Of a stretch of DNA of 64,000 nt, positions 9,446 through 22,304 are shown in pieces. The notes beneath the pieces were generated by a model. The model did not search any database, was not told the DNA's origin, and saw nothing but the letters and a program-made list of their open reading frames with translations. Position 1 is the stretch's first letter. Each line of letters starts with the position of its first letter. This stretch comes from Clostridiales bacterium. GTDB lineage: Bacteria; Bacillota; Clostridia; Christensenellales; UBA1242. The position numbers were made by a program, and so were the translations under genes. Location of the stretch: contig SVIC01000006.1 of NCBI GenBank assembly GCA_015055515.1, positions 765 through 64,764 of the forward strand. The letters run 5' to 3'.

Positions 9446-11674
9446 TCACCCTCCTAGTGTTATATCACAATAACTCAAATTATTCAATACAATATCACTA
9501 TTGTCAACTACATCTTCATATCGAATAACTTTCCGTGCTGTTATGTTATACGCATTCAAATCGACATCACTGTCCAAGACTACATAATCATATAAGCCTG
9601 GATATTCACTGCCAATAAAAGAATAGTCAGCGCCCTTTAATACCCCATCTAATATCATTACGCTATAATCATCACAAACAAACGATTTGCCTAAATACTT
9701 ACCTACATAGTTTTTTAGATATTTCACATTAACTTTGCCGATATTGTAATCTTCTACAAAATACGAATTCACTCCATCCAATTCTAATGCAGTATCGTAT
9801 CCCACCATTGTTGCACTATAATATATTTCTTCTACACCATACCGCTCTACAAACTCAACCAGATCACTCTTCCTATTAAAATCATAATCACTAATAACAA
9901 GCACATCTACATTCGATATCCGCATATCCCTAGTAAAAGAAATACTATACTTATCCGGCAACCCAAATGATACAACCTTACCATCAATTACAAAAATAGT
10001 ATATAAGTCTTGATACTTATATTTCATAAGAAGAGTATTAGAATAAACATTAGGCATAGAAGATGTTATCCCTGCAACGAGAGTCATTACAAATATTATT
10101 GATACTACCAAACCTCGCACCGCTGGTCTTGACATGAAATACTTGATAACAAAACTTAAAAGCAGTATTCCACCCAATACAAAATATGAGATCTCCAGCG
10201 ATCTCACAACTCCAAGAGGTATACTAGCAAAAAGATCAATGACAAACTTCAATACTTGTAATAAAATATCTGGCACAGCCAAAGCAAACCCCATGAATGG
10301 AAGTAGTGCAACTAATATAGTAATAAAGAATAAAAGCGGAAAAATAAATGAGAACATCGGAATAACCAATATATTGGAAATTATTGTTACAAAAGATGCC
10401 TCTCCAAAAGCATTAATCAAAACTGGTAATATCAAAATATTAATACAAACAGAGGTAACAAATGTTGCAGAAATCGACTTTGGGATATGCAATCTTACAA
10501 GACTATTTGTCAAAACCGGCACTAGTGTAATAATGGCAAAAATACACAAGAATGATAACTGAAATCCTAGGCTAAATATCGACAAAGGACTAATTAAGAG
10601 AATTATTAAACCAGCAATACTTAATGAATTTAGTGCATCATATTTTTTCCCAAACCCTCTTGCAAGTAAATAAACAATAATCATTATTGATGCTCTACAA
10701 ACAGATACTGAAAAATAACATAACCATGCATAGAACAACAGAAATATAGACAGCAAAGAAATAGATATTATTTGCTTTGTTTTGCGCTTCAATTTTATCT
10801 TCTTCATAACAAGATTAATTACAGCAAAGACACCTGCAGATATAATACCCACATGCAGTCCAGAGACAGCCAACAGGTGCAAAACACCGCTAGTAGAGAA
10901 GGCCTCTGTAACCTCTTCTGGTATCGCACTTTTGTCTCCAAATAGCATACCATATGACAATAACGCATTATTTTGTGACATATTATTACGCAATATTGAC
11001 AATATATTATTTAATATAAAACCTCTAATACTGTTGCTGTTTTCTATAATTTGAAGGTTGTTGCTATACTTTATCGTATATCCAACATTATTAACAAATC
11101 TATCAATATCATCAGAATCTGTAATATTATTTGATGAAATTATGCCATCAAAAGATATCACATCCCCAACCATTAGTAACGGTGAATTTGTAATATACAC
11201 AGACGCCTTTCCATCTAAAGAAACCATCTTATCATCTGTCACAACAACTACATTATCTAACACTATATTACAACCATATTCATACTCCGTAATAGATTGC
11301 ACTTCTGCTTCAATAACGCCACTCTTATTAACATCCAACCCGCCAGATATCTTAGTTAATGGTATTGCAGAAACACCTACACCTATCAATATTGATATCA
11401 CAAAAATAAGTATAAAAATATAATTGCTAACCAGCCTAGATATAAATCCAATTACATACTTACCAGTCCTTTTGTAATAAACAAAACACAATGTCAAAAT
11501 TATAAAAACTAGTAACAAGAGAGATAGAGTAACAACACTAACAATAGGAAATTCTCTAAGTACATTAGACACAAAAAAATTGTATGATAAGATAATACCT
11601 ACCACAAATCCTACAAAACACAAAAAAGGTTTTCTTAAATTAAATATTCTCTTCTTCTGCACACTCATTTCCAT
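9446..11674 (-). CDS. comEC: DNA internalisation competence protein ComEC/Rec2 (C-terminal metallo-beta-lactamase domain looks degenerate)
   Basis: 742 aa polytopic membrane protein with the competence-domain motif ..SGVLHLLAVSGLHVGII.. Confidence 0.85.
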   Translation of the reverse strand: MEMSVQKKRIFNLRKPFLCFVGFVVGIILSYNFFVSNVLREFPIVSVVTLSLLLLVFIILTLCFVYYKRTGKYVIGFISRLVSNYIFILIFVISILIGVGVSAIPLTKISGGLDVNKSGVIEAEVQSITEYEYGCNIVLDNVVVVTDDKMVSLDGKASVYITNSPLLMVGDVISFDGIISSNNITDSDDIDRFVNNVGYTIKYSNNLQIIENSNSIRGFILNNILSILRNNMSQNNALLSYGMLFGDKSAIPEEVTEAFSTSGVLHLLAVSGLHVGIISAGVFAVINLVMKKIKLKRKTKQIISISLLSIFLLFYAWLCYFSVSVCRASIMIIVYLLARGFGKKYDALNSLSIAGLIILLISPLSIFSLGFQLSFLCIFAIITLVPVLTNSLVRLHIPKSISATFVTSVCINILILPVLINAFGEASFVTIISNILVIPMFSFIFPLLFFITILVALLPFMGFALAVPDILLQVLKFVIDLFASIPLGVVRSLEISYFVLGGILLLSFVIKYFMSRPAVRGLVVSIIFVMTLVAGITSSMPNVYSNTLLMKYKYQDLYTIFVIDGKVVSFGLPDKYSISFTRDMRISNVDVLVISDYDFNRKSDLVEFVERYGVEEIYYSATMVGYDTALELDGVNSYFVEDYNIGKVNVKYLKNYVGKYLGKSFVCDDYSVMILDGVLKGADYSFIGSEYPGLYDYVVLDSDVDLNAYNITARKVIRYEDVVDNSDIVLNNLSYCDITLGG

Positions 11675-11770
11675 ACTATATTAAGTATACTATGGAATAA
11701 CAAAAATACAAAATGTTTGTATTGAAATTGATATCAAATTCTATAAATAGAAAAAGCCCAGATATGTACT

Positions 11771-12118
11771 CTATATAAATCCTAGGCTTATTAGCAAAGC
11801 ATTATTCACATCTTCCATCCTTTGCAAATCCAGCACTCCAATCTTCTCTCGTAATCTTCGCTTGTCAATTGTTCTCAATTGCTCCAACAGCACAACCGAA
11901 TCTTTAAGCAAACCAAAATCGGTCGCTGGCAACTCAATATGAGTAGGTATCTTCGCCTTATTGATCTGACTAGTAATCGCAGAAACAATAACGGTAGGGC
12001 TATATTTATTTCCCACATCGTTCTGAATAACCAATACCGGCCTAATCCCACCCTGCTCACTGCCTACAACAGGGCTTAGGTCCGCATAATACAGATCACC
12101 TCGCTTAATCTCACTCAT
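11771..12118 (-). CDS. mazF: MazF/PemK-family endoribonuclease toxin (EndoA-like)
   Basis: 115 aa, [51 protein letters not shown].. closely resembles B. subtilis NdoA/EndoA. Confidence 0.9.
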   Translation of the reverse strand: MSEIKRGDLYYADLSPVVGSEQGGIRPVLVIQNDVGNKYSPTVIVSAITSQINKAKIPTHIELPATDFGLLKDSVVLLEQLRTIDKRRLREKIGVLDLQRMEDVNNALLISLGFI

Positions 12119-12350
12119 CTTCTATCCAATCTAAATACATTTGATAGTCAGTATTAATCGCAAATATAATATCGTTGCAATCCGCCACACCAAAATCGGG
12201 ATATAGCGAATAAAACCAACTACATTTTTTATCATAACTATCTACTATCATAGTATGGCGAGTAGTATATGATTTGTGACTACATACTTGACTATTTAGA
12301 TGATTGGCATATTTTTGAATTTTATTCTTGTTCTTAATACATTTTCTCAT
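12111..12350 (-). CDS. Hypothetical protein in the antitoxin position upstream of mazF (no recognisable RHH/AbrB fold)
   Basis: 79 aa. Its stop overlaps the mazF start (ATGAGTGA, 8-nt overlap). AGGGA RBS lies upstream. Basic N-terminus and acidic C-terminus (..YLDWIEDE). Confidence 0.4.
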   Translation of the reverse strand: MRKCIKNKNKIQKYANHLNSQVCSHKSYTTRHTMIVDSYDKKCSWFYSLYPDFGVADCNDIIFAINTDYQMYLDWIEDE

Positions 12351-12404
12351 TATAGATCCCTAACATGATACTTTTTTTTATATAATTCGACAAATATAAT
12401 AAGC

Positions 12405-12436
12405 ATAAAAAAAGTACACCTAATAATATGGTGTAC
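12405..12436 (-). terminator. Intrinsic terminator after acpS
   Basis: Minus strand reads gtacacc-atattatta-ggtgtac followed by ttttttt. Confidence 0.6.
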
Positions 12437-12462
12437 AAATTATATCAAAATATTTATAAATT

Positions 12463-12831
12463 CTAATAAACTATACAGACAGCCACTGCCACAGTGTCAC
12501 TATCTGTTACATTAATAGTAATATTATTATATCCTAAGCCATTAAATATTTCTTTTGCCGAAGGTTTCAATTCAATATGCGGCCTACCCATATCATTATA
12601 CCAGATCGAGATATCCTTTAGATCAATCCCTCTACCTATACCCAATCCTATCGCCTTTAAGAATGCTTCTTTGATAGAATAATAGCCTGCCAAAGTTTTT
12701 GGTTTCTGCAACTGACTACATGTTTTGATATATTCTATCTCATTATCCGCAAAATATTTATTTAGAAAAGACTCATTGTTGCACAAATCATTCATCCTAT
12801 CAATATCTAATATATCTATTCCTACTTCCAC
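12463..12831 (-). CDS. acpS: Holo-[acyl-carrier-protein] synthase (4'-phosphopantetheinyl transferase)
   Basis: 122 aa, MEVGIDILDIDRM...SIKEAFLKAIGLG.. is typical AcpS. Confidence 0.9.
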   Translation of the reverse strand: MEVGIDILDIDRMNDLCNNESFLNKYFADNEIEYIKTCSQLQKPKTLAGYYSIKEAFLKAIGLGIGRGIDLKDISIWYNDMGRPHIELKPSAKEIFNGLGYNNITINVTDSDTVAVAVCIVY

Positions 12832-12836
12832 TAAAA

Positions 12837-13460
12837 CTACTCTCCTTTTCTTAATCTATTAATAACATTCGATATCTCATCAAAATCAAACCCACGACCA
12901 ACTAGAAATCTATTTAACTTCTGCACATTTTTAATATCAGATAAATCCATATTCCTAGCCTTCTTAGTCGCTATATTATAACAGATATCATTATCTTCAT
13001 CGCAATCAATAAGATTGTCAAAATATTCATCTATTACATCCTGAGACACACCTTTCGTGCGCAAATTCTGGATTAATTTATTTTTACCAAACTTCGACTT
13101 ATATGATGCAACATACGCCGACACATACGCCTTGTCATCAATATATTTGTACTCTGTTAATTTATCTAGCACGTGGAGTATAATTTCATCTTCAAACTCT
13201 TTCTTTTTCAAATAATCTCGTACCTGTTTTCTTGTCTTCAGTGCACCAGTCACATACTTGGCACAAAGATTTAACGCAAGCAATTTTTCACTCTCTAGAA
13301 TAATACTATGCAAATCATCCAGATCGACCTTTTTTCCTGCCTTTATTCCATATTTGACACAGGTGTCAAGATGTAATTTATTATAGTACTCACCATCTAC
13401 ATATACATTTACTTTTTGATCATTATTCTTCTGTATTTCCACCTTTGTAATAGTTACCAT
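12837..13460 (-). CDS. recX: RecA regulator RecX
   Basis: 207 aa with repeated helical RecX-like modules (..ALNLCAKYVTGALKTRKQVRDYLKKK.., ..KLIQNLRTKGVSQDVIDEYF..). Confidence 0.75.
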   Translation of the reverse strand: MVTITKVEIQKNNDQKVNVYVDGEYYNKLHLDTCVKYGIKAGKKVDLDDLHSIILESEKLLALNLCAKYVTGALKTRKQVRDYLKKKEFEDEIILHVLDKLTEYKYIDDKAYVSAYVASYKSKFGKNKLIQNLRTKGVSQDVIDEYFDNLIDCDEDNDICYNIATKKARNMDLSDIKNVQKLNRFLVGRGFDFDEISNVINRLRKGE

Positions 13461-13471
13461 ATCAACCTACT

Positions 13472-14083
13472 CTACATCATTTTCTCTTCTAGCTCAATCA
13501 CCGACTTGCAAATATTATTTAGCGATTTCTCTTTCATTATATCCTTTCGCACTGCTATATTATACATCATCAATTTATCACCAATTTGGCTATAATCTTT
13601 GTTAAGAATAACAATATCTGAATCGTTTTCTATTAGATATTTATTATCCAAAGATACCATTATATCGCATATCATATGCAAATTCAATTCTCTAACATTC
13701 CCTAGTTCCAATACTTCTTTTGCACTATTGCTATATGCCCTAACAAGTCCTCCTGCACCCAACTTAATGCCACCAAAATACCTTACAACTACAACCAAAA
13801 CATTCTGCAAACCCTTTCTCTTGATATTCTCTAATATTGGCTTGCCTGCAGTCCCGCTAGGCTCTCCATCATCACTACACTTCTCCACACTTGGCGAAAA
13901 AAGGACATATGCGTACGTCACATGGTTGGCCGATCTATGCTCGGCTCTCAGATTATCCAATATCTTGTCCACCTCTTCTTCGCTACCAACCGAATACGCA
14001 AATGCCAGAAACTTAGATTTCTTGATTTCTATTATATTCTCAATATTACCTACTATAGTTTTCATAACATCAGTATAACACAA
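13472..14083 (-). CDS. yigZ: YigZ/IMPACT-family protein (UPF0029)
   Basis: ..IKKSKFLAFAY...HVTYAY...DDGEPSGTAGKPIL...VVVVRYFGGIKLGAGGLVRAY.. Start is ambiguous (TTG at 14083 or ATG at 14065). Confidence 0.85.
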   Translation of the reverse strand: MCYTDVMKTIVGNIENIIEIKKSKFLAFAYSVGSEEEVDKILDNLRAEHRSANHVTYAYVLFSPSVEKCSDDGEPSGTAGKPILENIKRKGLQNVLVVVVRYFGGIKLGAGGLVRAYSNSAKEVLELGNVRELNLHMICDIMVSLDNKYLIENDSDIVILNKDYSQIGDKLMMYNIAVRKDIMKEKSLNNICKSVIELEEKMM

Positions 14084-14144
14084 GTGACCCTCAAATCAAA
14101 ACAAAAGAAAAAGACTAAACCAATCTAGTCTAGCCTTTAGTATT

Positions 14145-14789
14145 TTATTCCATTTCAATATCTGGAATACTAGGAACTTTTTCAATATCAGGGAGTTCCG
14201 ATAGAAGTCCTGCGTAATAACTTCTTTCTTTCTCATTCTTTGACTTCTCGACATTCATTTTTAACAATGAATACGCCCCTAATATCATTGGATACATTAG
14301 AGGGACGTAATTATTCTCATAATATTCCTTGTCATGTATTGTCCAATCGGACATTCCTTTACAGTCTTCAAAGAACTGCTTGGCAGTACGCTTACCTTCC
14401 CCTTTTACACCAAACACCCTATAATAAGCATCTTTGTCTGCAATAATCTGCCATGTTGTATCAAGCACCTTACCATCTTCTGTCTCTACCCATCCGTGCC
14501 CAAAGTGGTCATCCTGCAATTTACTCCTCTCTGCCAATTCACCTCTTACCACATAATTATCGTCATTACCTAATGCAAGAGCAAGAATAGCCGACGCATC
14601 ATAACATTTTCCCATATTCATCTGTTGCAAATAATATCTCACAGGTAGTCCATTAAAATACTTACCATCAAATTGATGATAAAAATCATCATCAAACGGC
14701 TTGAACTCACCATTCTCCAAAGCCTTGTTGAACGATGCCACATGTTTCATCGTTCTATAATCATGTATAAACTCTTTTATAATACCCAT
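14145..14789 (-). CDS. Transglutaminase-like Cys-His-Asp superfamily protein, cytoplasmic, function unknown
   Basis: 214 aa with no signal peptide. GKCYDASAILA (C62), HGWVE (H98), VLDTTW (D110). Paralogous to 58375-59217 and 59304-60083. Confidence 0.5.
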   Translation of the reverse strand: MGIIKEFIHDYRTMKHVASFNKALENGEFKPFDDDFYHQFDGKYFNGLPVRYYLQQMNMGKCYDASAILALALGNDDNYVVRGELAERSKLQDDHFGHGWVETEDGKVLDTTWQIIADKDAYYRVFGVKGEGKRTAKQFFEDCKGMSDWTIHDKEYYENNYVPLMYPMILGAYSLLKMNVEKSKNEKERSYYAGLLSELPDIEKVPSIPDIEME

Positions 14790-14897
14790 AACACATACCT
14801 CTTATTATAAATATTATATCATATCTATCAAAGCAATTGCAATAGGCAAAAATGTTCATAAAAAAAGGCAGGTTAAACCCACCTTAAAGTTATTAAA

Positions 14898-16220
<1,323 letters not shown>

Positions 16221-16340
16221 TTAAAGTCAATTTCTATAGTACATATATTATTAAGTCTTATACTACGCCTAGATTATATCACTACTGCCACATGGTGTCA
16301 AAAGTTATTTACAAATTATATTTATTTTTCGCACAGTTAA

Positions 16341-16370
16341 CAAAAAAACAACCTTATTTATTAGGTTGTT
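16341..16370 (-). terminator. Intrinsic terminator after mnmA
   Basis: Minus strand reads aacaacc-taataaataa-ggttgtt followed by ttttttt. Confidence 0.6.
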
Positions 16371-16372
16371 CA

Positions 16373-18062
<1,690 letters not shown>

Positions 18063-18202
18063 TCTATATACCCCACCTTACGTTATTATATAAATATTAA
18101 CAGATATAATACATTTTGTAAAGCCAAGAGATAATCAAAAGAAAAAACTATGAAGCAAACTCCATAGTTTTAATCACATAACCAATTATGTAAAGTATAA
18201 CT

Positions 18203-18397
18203 TTACGCCTCTTTATTCTCTTTGCCAACTTTTATCTTCTGCTCACCATTGTAATATCCACACTTCTTGCATACTACGTGAGGAGCTTTTAATTCATGGC
18301 AATGAGGGCACTCAACCAAAGAAGGTGCTGTCATTTTCCAGTTTGCTTTTCTAGAATTCCTTCTTGCTTTTGAAATTTTTCCTTTAGGTGCGATCAT
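18203..18397 (-). CDS. rpmF: 50S ribosomal protein L32 (bL32), zinc form
   Basis: 64 aa, ..KARRNSRKANWKM...CPHCHELKAPHVVCKKCGYY.. Confidence 0.9.
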   Translation of the reverse strand: MIAPKGKISKARRNSRKANWKMTAPSLVECPHCHELKAPHVVCKKCGYYNGEQKIKVGKENKEA

Positions 18398-18635
18398 TAC
18401 TACACCTCCTTAATTTTTTTATTGCTCAAAAATTATACATTAAATAAATGTGTTTGTCAATGTTATTTTCATAAATATTTCAAAAAACTCAAATTTAAGC
18501 CAATGTGATATTTTCATATAATTATCATCTAATACGATATTGCATGGGTCAACTATCTATCATATATACAATGTGTTATGCAAAGACAAAAAATATGACT
18601 AAATTATAGACAATTTAGCCATATTGCATAATACA

Positions 18636-19826
18636 TTATTTTACTAGTTTTGCAGTTTCTTCAGCAATTACCATCTCTTCATCTGTAGGAATAATAAATA
18701 CTTTAACCTTGCTATCTTTATCAGATATTTCGGTAACCGCACCACGCTTAGCACCAAAGTTCAATTCATTATCAATCTTAATACCCATGAACTCTAGCCC
18801 TTCTGTAACATCACGTCTCATCTCTGGAGTATGCTCACCTACACCTGCTGTAAATACAATTGCATCTACTCCACCTAATACACCAATATATCCGCAAATA
18901 TATTTCTTTATTCTATAAGTATACATATCATAAGATAACTTAACATCTTCATCATCCATATTTGCAAGAATGTCTCTCATGTCAGAAACCTTGCCATTTG
19001 CACCAATTAGTCCACTTTCCTTATTTAGCATCTTGATTACTTCAGATACGGTCTTATTCTCTTTATTACAGATAAATTCTATAATAGCAGGATCGATATC
19101 TCCGCTACGAGTATTCATCATAATACCTTCTAGTGGAGTAAAGCCCATTGATGTATCAAAGCTCTTACCGTTCTTAACCGCTGTAATACTAGCACCACTA
19201 CCGATATGACAAGTAACGATATTAATATCATTTACATCTTTACCAAGTAACTTTGCACACTCCTGTGTTACAAAATAATGGCTTGTACCATGTGCACCAT
19301 ATCTTCTAATTCTATACTCATCATAATATCTCTTTGGTAGACCGTATCTATATACTTTTGGCTCTATTGTCTTGTGGAAACCAATATCAAATACTGCTAC
19401 ATTAGGAGTCTTTGGACAAATCTCTAAGCATGCATCAATACCAGCGATAGATCCTGGCATATGAAGTGGAGCAAAATCTGTCTTTGTCCTGAACATATCT
19501 AGCATATCTTTATCCACTAAGATTGGATCAAAGTACTGATCACCTACATTTACCACTCTGTGACCAAATGCATCAATCTCATCTGTGCTAGCAATTACAC
19601 CAATAGTCTCATCAGTTAACTTCTCAAGCACAATCTCTAAAGCTTCTGTATGATTCTTGATATCTTTATCAAAGATACTCTCTGTGCCATGCGCCTTATA
19701 TCTAAGGAATGACTTACCTTCATTTATTCTCTCTACAATACCTTTGGCAATTACTTCCTTATTCTCCATATTAATAAACTGGAATTTCAATGAACTACTA
19801 CCCGCATTTATTACTAATATTTTCAT
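18636..19826 (-). CDS. ackA: Acetate kinase
   Basis: 396 aa, MKILVINAGSSSLKFQ...GAHGTSH...FTAGVGE.. Confidence 0.97.
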   Translation of the reverse strand: MKILVINAGSSSLKFQFINMENKEVIAKGIVERINEGKSFLRYKAHGTESIFDKDIKNHTEALEIVLEKLTDETIGVIASTDEIDAFGHRVVNVGDQYFDPILVDKDMLDMFRTKTDFAPLHMPGSIAGIDACLEICPKTPNVAVFDIGFHKTIEPKVYRYGLPKRYYDEYRIRRYGAHGTSHYFVTQECAKLLGKDVNDINIVTCHIGSGASITAVKNGKSFDTSMGFTPLEGIMMNTRSGDIDPAIIEFICNKENKTVSEVIKMLNKESGLIGANGKVSDMRDILANMDDEDVKLSYDMYTYRIKKYICGYIGVLGGVDAIVFTAGVGEHTPEMRRDVTEGLEFMGIKIDNELNFGAKRGAVTEISDKDSKVKVFIIPTDEEMVIAEETAKLVK

Positions 19827-19836
19827 AACATTCTCC

Positions 19837-20847
19837 TTAAAATCTACTCTGAATAGCTGTGATTGCTATTGCTTCTACTATCTCATCAACTGTCGCACCA
19901 CGACTTACATCATTTATTGGCTTTCTCATACCTTGTGCAATTGGACCAACCGCCTTGAATCCGCCAAATCTCTGCATTAATTTATAGCCGATATTTCCAC
20001 TCTCCAGATTAGGAAAGATCAATACATTCGCCTTACCTGCAACATTACTATTAGGACACTTCAACTGAGCCACCTCTGGAACAATCGCAGCATCCAACTG
20101 CATCTCACCATCAAAATCAAAGTCTACATTCTTGCCTTGTAAGATAGACACAGCCTCTCTTACCTTCAGTGCACAATCTCCCTCTGCACTACCCTTAGTA
20201 GAATAACATAGCATAGCCACCTTTGGATCCATACCGCACAATTTTCCAGCAGTCTCTGCTGACTGAATTGCAAAGCTTGCCAAATCATTGGCATCAGGAG
20301 CAATATTCACTCCACAGTCCGACAATACAAATACTTCTTCTTTATCATCATTCTTCCTTATCATAACGAAGAAGCTACTTACCTTAGTACTCTTATCTTT
20401 CGCCTTGATTATCTGGAACGCAGGCTTGAATGTCTTTGCTGTAGCAATCTCTGCACCTGCAACCAATCCATCCGCAAGTCCCAACTCTACCATCATTGTA
20501 CCGAAATACACTGCATCATTCAATGTCTCTTCGGCCAACTCTTTTGTCATACCCTTGTCTTTTCTAAGTGTTACTAATGCATCTACTAGCATAGGCCTAA
20601 GGTCCGATGTTAGAATATTTACCACCTTAATTGCAGAATATTCACCTGTGTTATACTTGCTTAGCTTTGCTTCATCATCTGTCAGAAGTACGATATTTGC
20701 AATACCCTCCTTGGCACTCTCTATACCCGCCAATGCAATCCTTTCACTAAAATACGCCTCTGGCAATACTATAGTAGCACCGCTTGATTTTGCCTTTTTT
20801 AACCAATCTTGTTCTAATGTCGTATCAAAACTCATAAATTTAACCAA
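19837..20847 (-). CDS. pta: Phosphate acetyltransferase
   Basis: 336 aa with a Pta body (..ATIVLPEA..., ..ANVLIFPNLESGNIGYKL..), directly upstream of ackA. Confidence 0.95.
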   Translation of the reverse strand: MVKFMSFDTTLEQDWLKKAKSSGATIVLPEAYFSERIALAGIESAKEGIANIVLLTDDEAKLSKYNTGEYSAIKVVNILTSDLRPMLVDALVTLRKDKGMTKELAEETLNDAVYFGTMMVELGLADGLVAGAEIATAKTFKPAFQIIKAKDKSTKVSSFFVMIRKNDDKEEVFVLSDCGVNIAPDANDLASFAIQSAETAGKLCGMDPKVAMLCYSTKGSAEGDCALKVREAVSILQGKNVDFDFDGEMQLDAAIVPEVAQLKCPNSNVAGKANVLIFPNLESGNIGYKLMQRFGGFKAVGPIAQGMRKPINDVSRGATVDEIVEAIAITAIQSRF

Positions 20848-20985
20848 CTTTTCTTATTTTATTTGTATTTTAAGATTATTTTCTATATAATGATTGTAAT
20901 TAATAGCATATTATAAGAAAAATAAATACATTCAATAATATACTACAAATTAGCAAATAAGTAAATAAATCTAAGGGAGATTTTT

Positions 20986-22242
20986 ATGAAAATTTGTGCA
21001 ATCATATGCGAATACAACCCTCTACATTATGGACATCTAAAACATATTGAAGACAGCAAAAAATTATCCGGAGCAGATGCCGTTATGTGCATCATGGCAG
21101 GAAACTTTGTTCAGCGTGGAGAGCCCGCCCTTATTAACAAATACGTAAGGGCTCGTATGGCATTGGATGCGGGTGCAGATATTGTTGTACAACTGCCTAC
21201 TGCATATGCTTGCTCCAGCGCAGAGACTTTTGCTCTAGCAGGAGTAAAAATAGCAAATTCTTTTGACAATGTTACTCACCTATCTTTCGGTTGCGAAACC
21301 AAAAACCATGAGTTATTACAAGAATTAGCCAAGTTCTTCGCAGACGAGCCACAAGAATATAAAGATGCATTAAAGAAGTATCTAGATGAAGGCAATTCTC
21401 TAGTAGTATCAAGAGAAAAGGCTCTGGAAGAATTAATCAAGAATGATGTAATAGAATTTAGCGAAATCACAGAAGTATTCAATATCTTAAGAAAACCAAA
21501 TAATATTCTCGCTATTGAATATCTTAAGGCTCTATATCGTACTAACAGCAAGATACAGCCAATCTTTTCATTAAGAGAGAATAGTGACTATCTTAGCGAT
21601 GTAATCAATGGAAAAGACACTAGTGCTACTGCAATAAGAGCAAAATTGTCATCAAAACCAAGAGCTTCTGCTGTAAAAAGACTAATACCAGCCACATCAT
21701 ATAAATTATTAAAAGATGAGATGAAATCTTCTGGACTACCAGACTTGAAATTATACAGCGACATCGCAATGTACATGATTAAGACAACACCTGCAGAAGA
21801 ATTAGCAAAAATCTACGATGTGACAGAAGGATTAGAAAATAGATTCAAGGAAAAAGCAACTAAGATAAAGGACTTAAACACCCTACTACTAGAAGTAAAA
21901 TCAAAAAGGTACACTTACACTAGACTGAAGAGGATTGTAACAGCGTTAGTACTAGGCATTAATAAGGACTGTGTAGAAGAATTATATAAGATGAAGCAAT
22001 TACCATTTATAAAGGTTTTGGGCTTCAACAACAATAATCAATCTTTATTAAATGAAATAAATTGCAACACTAACCTTATTATTAGAAATAGTAATGTCGT
22101 AGATAAACCTAGTAAATTATACAAGAATCTAGCACAAATAGAAGATAATGCTAATGCAGTATATAACCAATTGTTAACCAAAACTAGTGCAATAACCGAT
22201 TACGCACCAGACTTATACACTAAGACTATTGTATACAAATAA
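20986..22242 (+). CDS. tmcAL: tRNA(Met) cytidine acetate ligase TmcAL (YlbM/UPF0348 nucleotidyltransferase)
   Basis: 418 aa, ..IICEYNPLHYGHLKHI...GNFVQRGEPALINKY.. is typical of the YlbM family. Confidence 0.8.
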   Translation: MKICAIICEYNPLHYGHLKHIEDSKKLSGADAVMCIMAGNFVQRGEPALINKYVRARMALDAGADIVVQLPTAYACSSAETFALAGVKIANSFDNVTHLSFGCETKNHELLQELAKFFADEPQEYKDALKKYLDEGNSLVVSREKALEELIKNDVIEFSEITEVFNILRKPNNILAIEYLKALYRTNSKIQPIFSLRENSDYLSDVINGKDTSATAIRAKLSSKPRASAVKRLIPATSYKLLKDEMKSSGLPDLKLYSDIAMYMIKTTPAEELAKIYDVTEGLENRFKEKATKIKDLNTLLLEVKSKRYTYTRLKRIVTALVLGINKDCVEELYKMKQLPFIKVLGFNNNNQSLLNEINCNTNLIIRNSNVVDKPSKLYKNLAQIEDNANAVYNQLLTKTSAITDYAPDLYTKTIVYK

Positions 22243-22248
22243 TATTTT

Positions 22249-22286
22249 AGACCAGATATACGAGGCAATATATTTGGTCTTTTTTG
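22249..22286 (+). terminator. Intrinsic terminator after tmcAL
   Basis: agaccagatata-cgaggcaa-tatatttggtct (12 bp including one G:U) followed by ttttt. Confidence 0.65.
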
Positions 22287-22304
22287 AAAAAGGGAGATAA
22301 AAAC

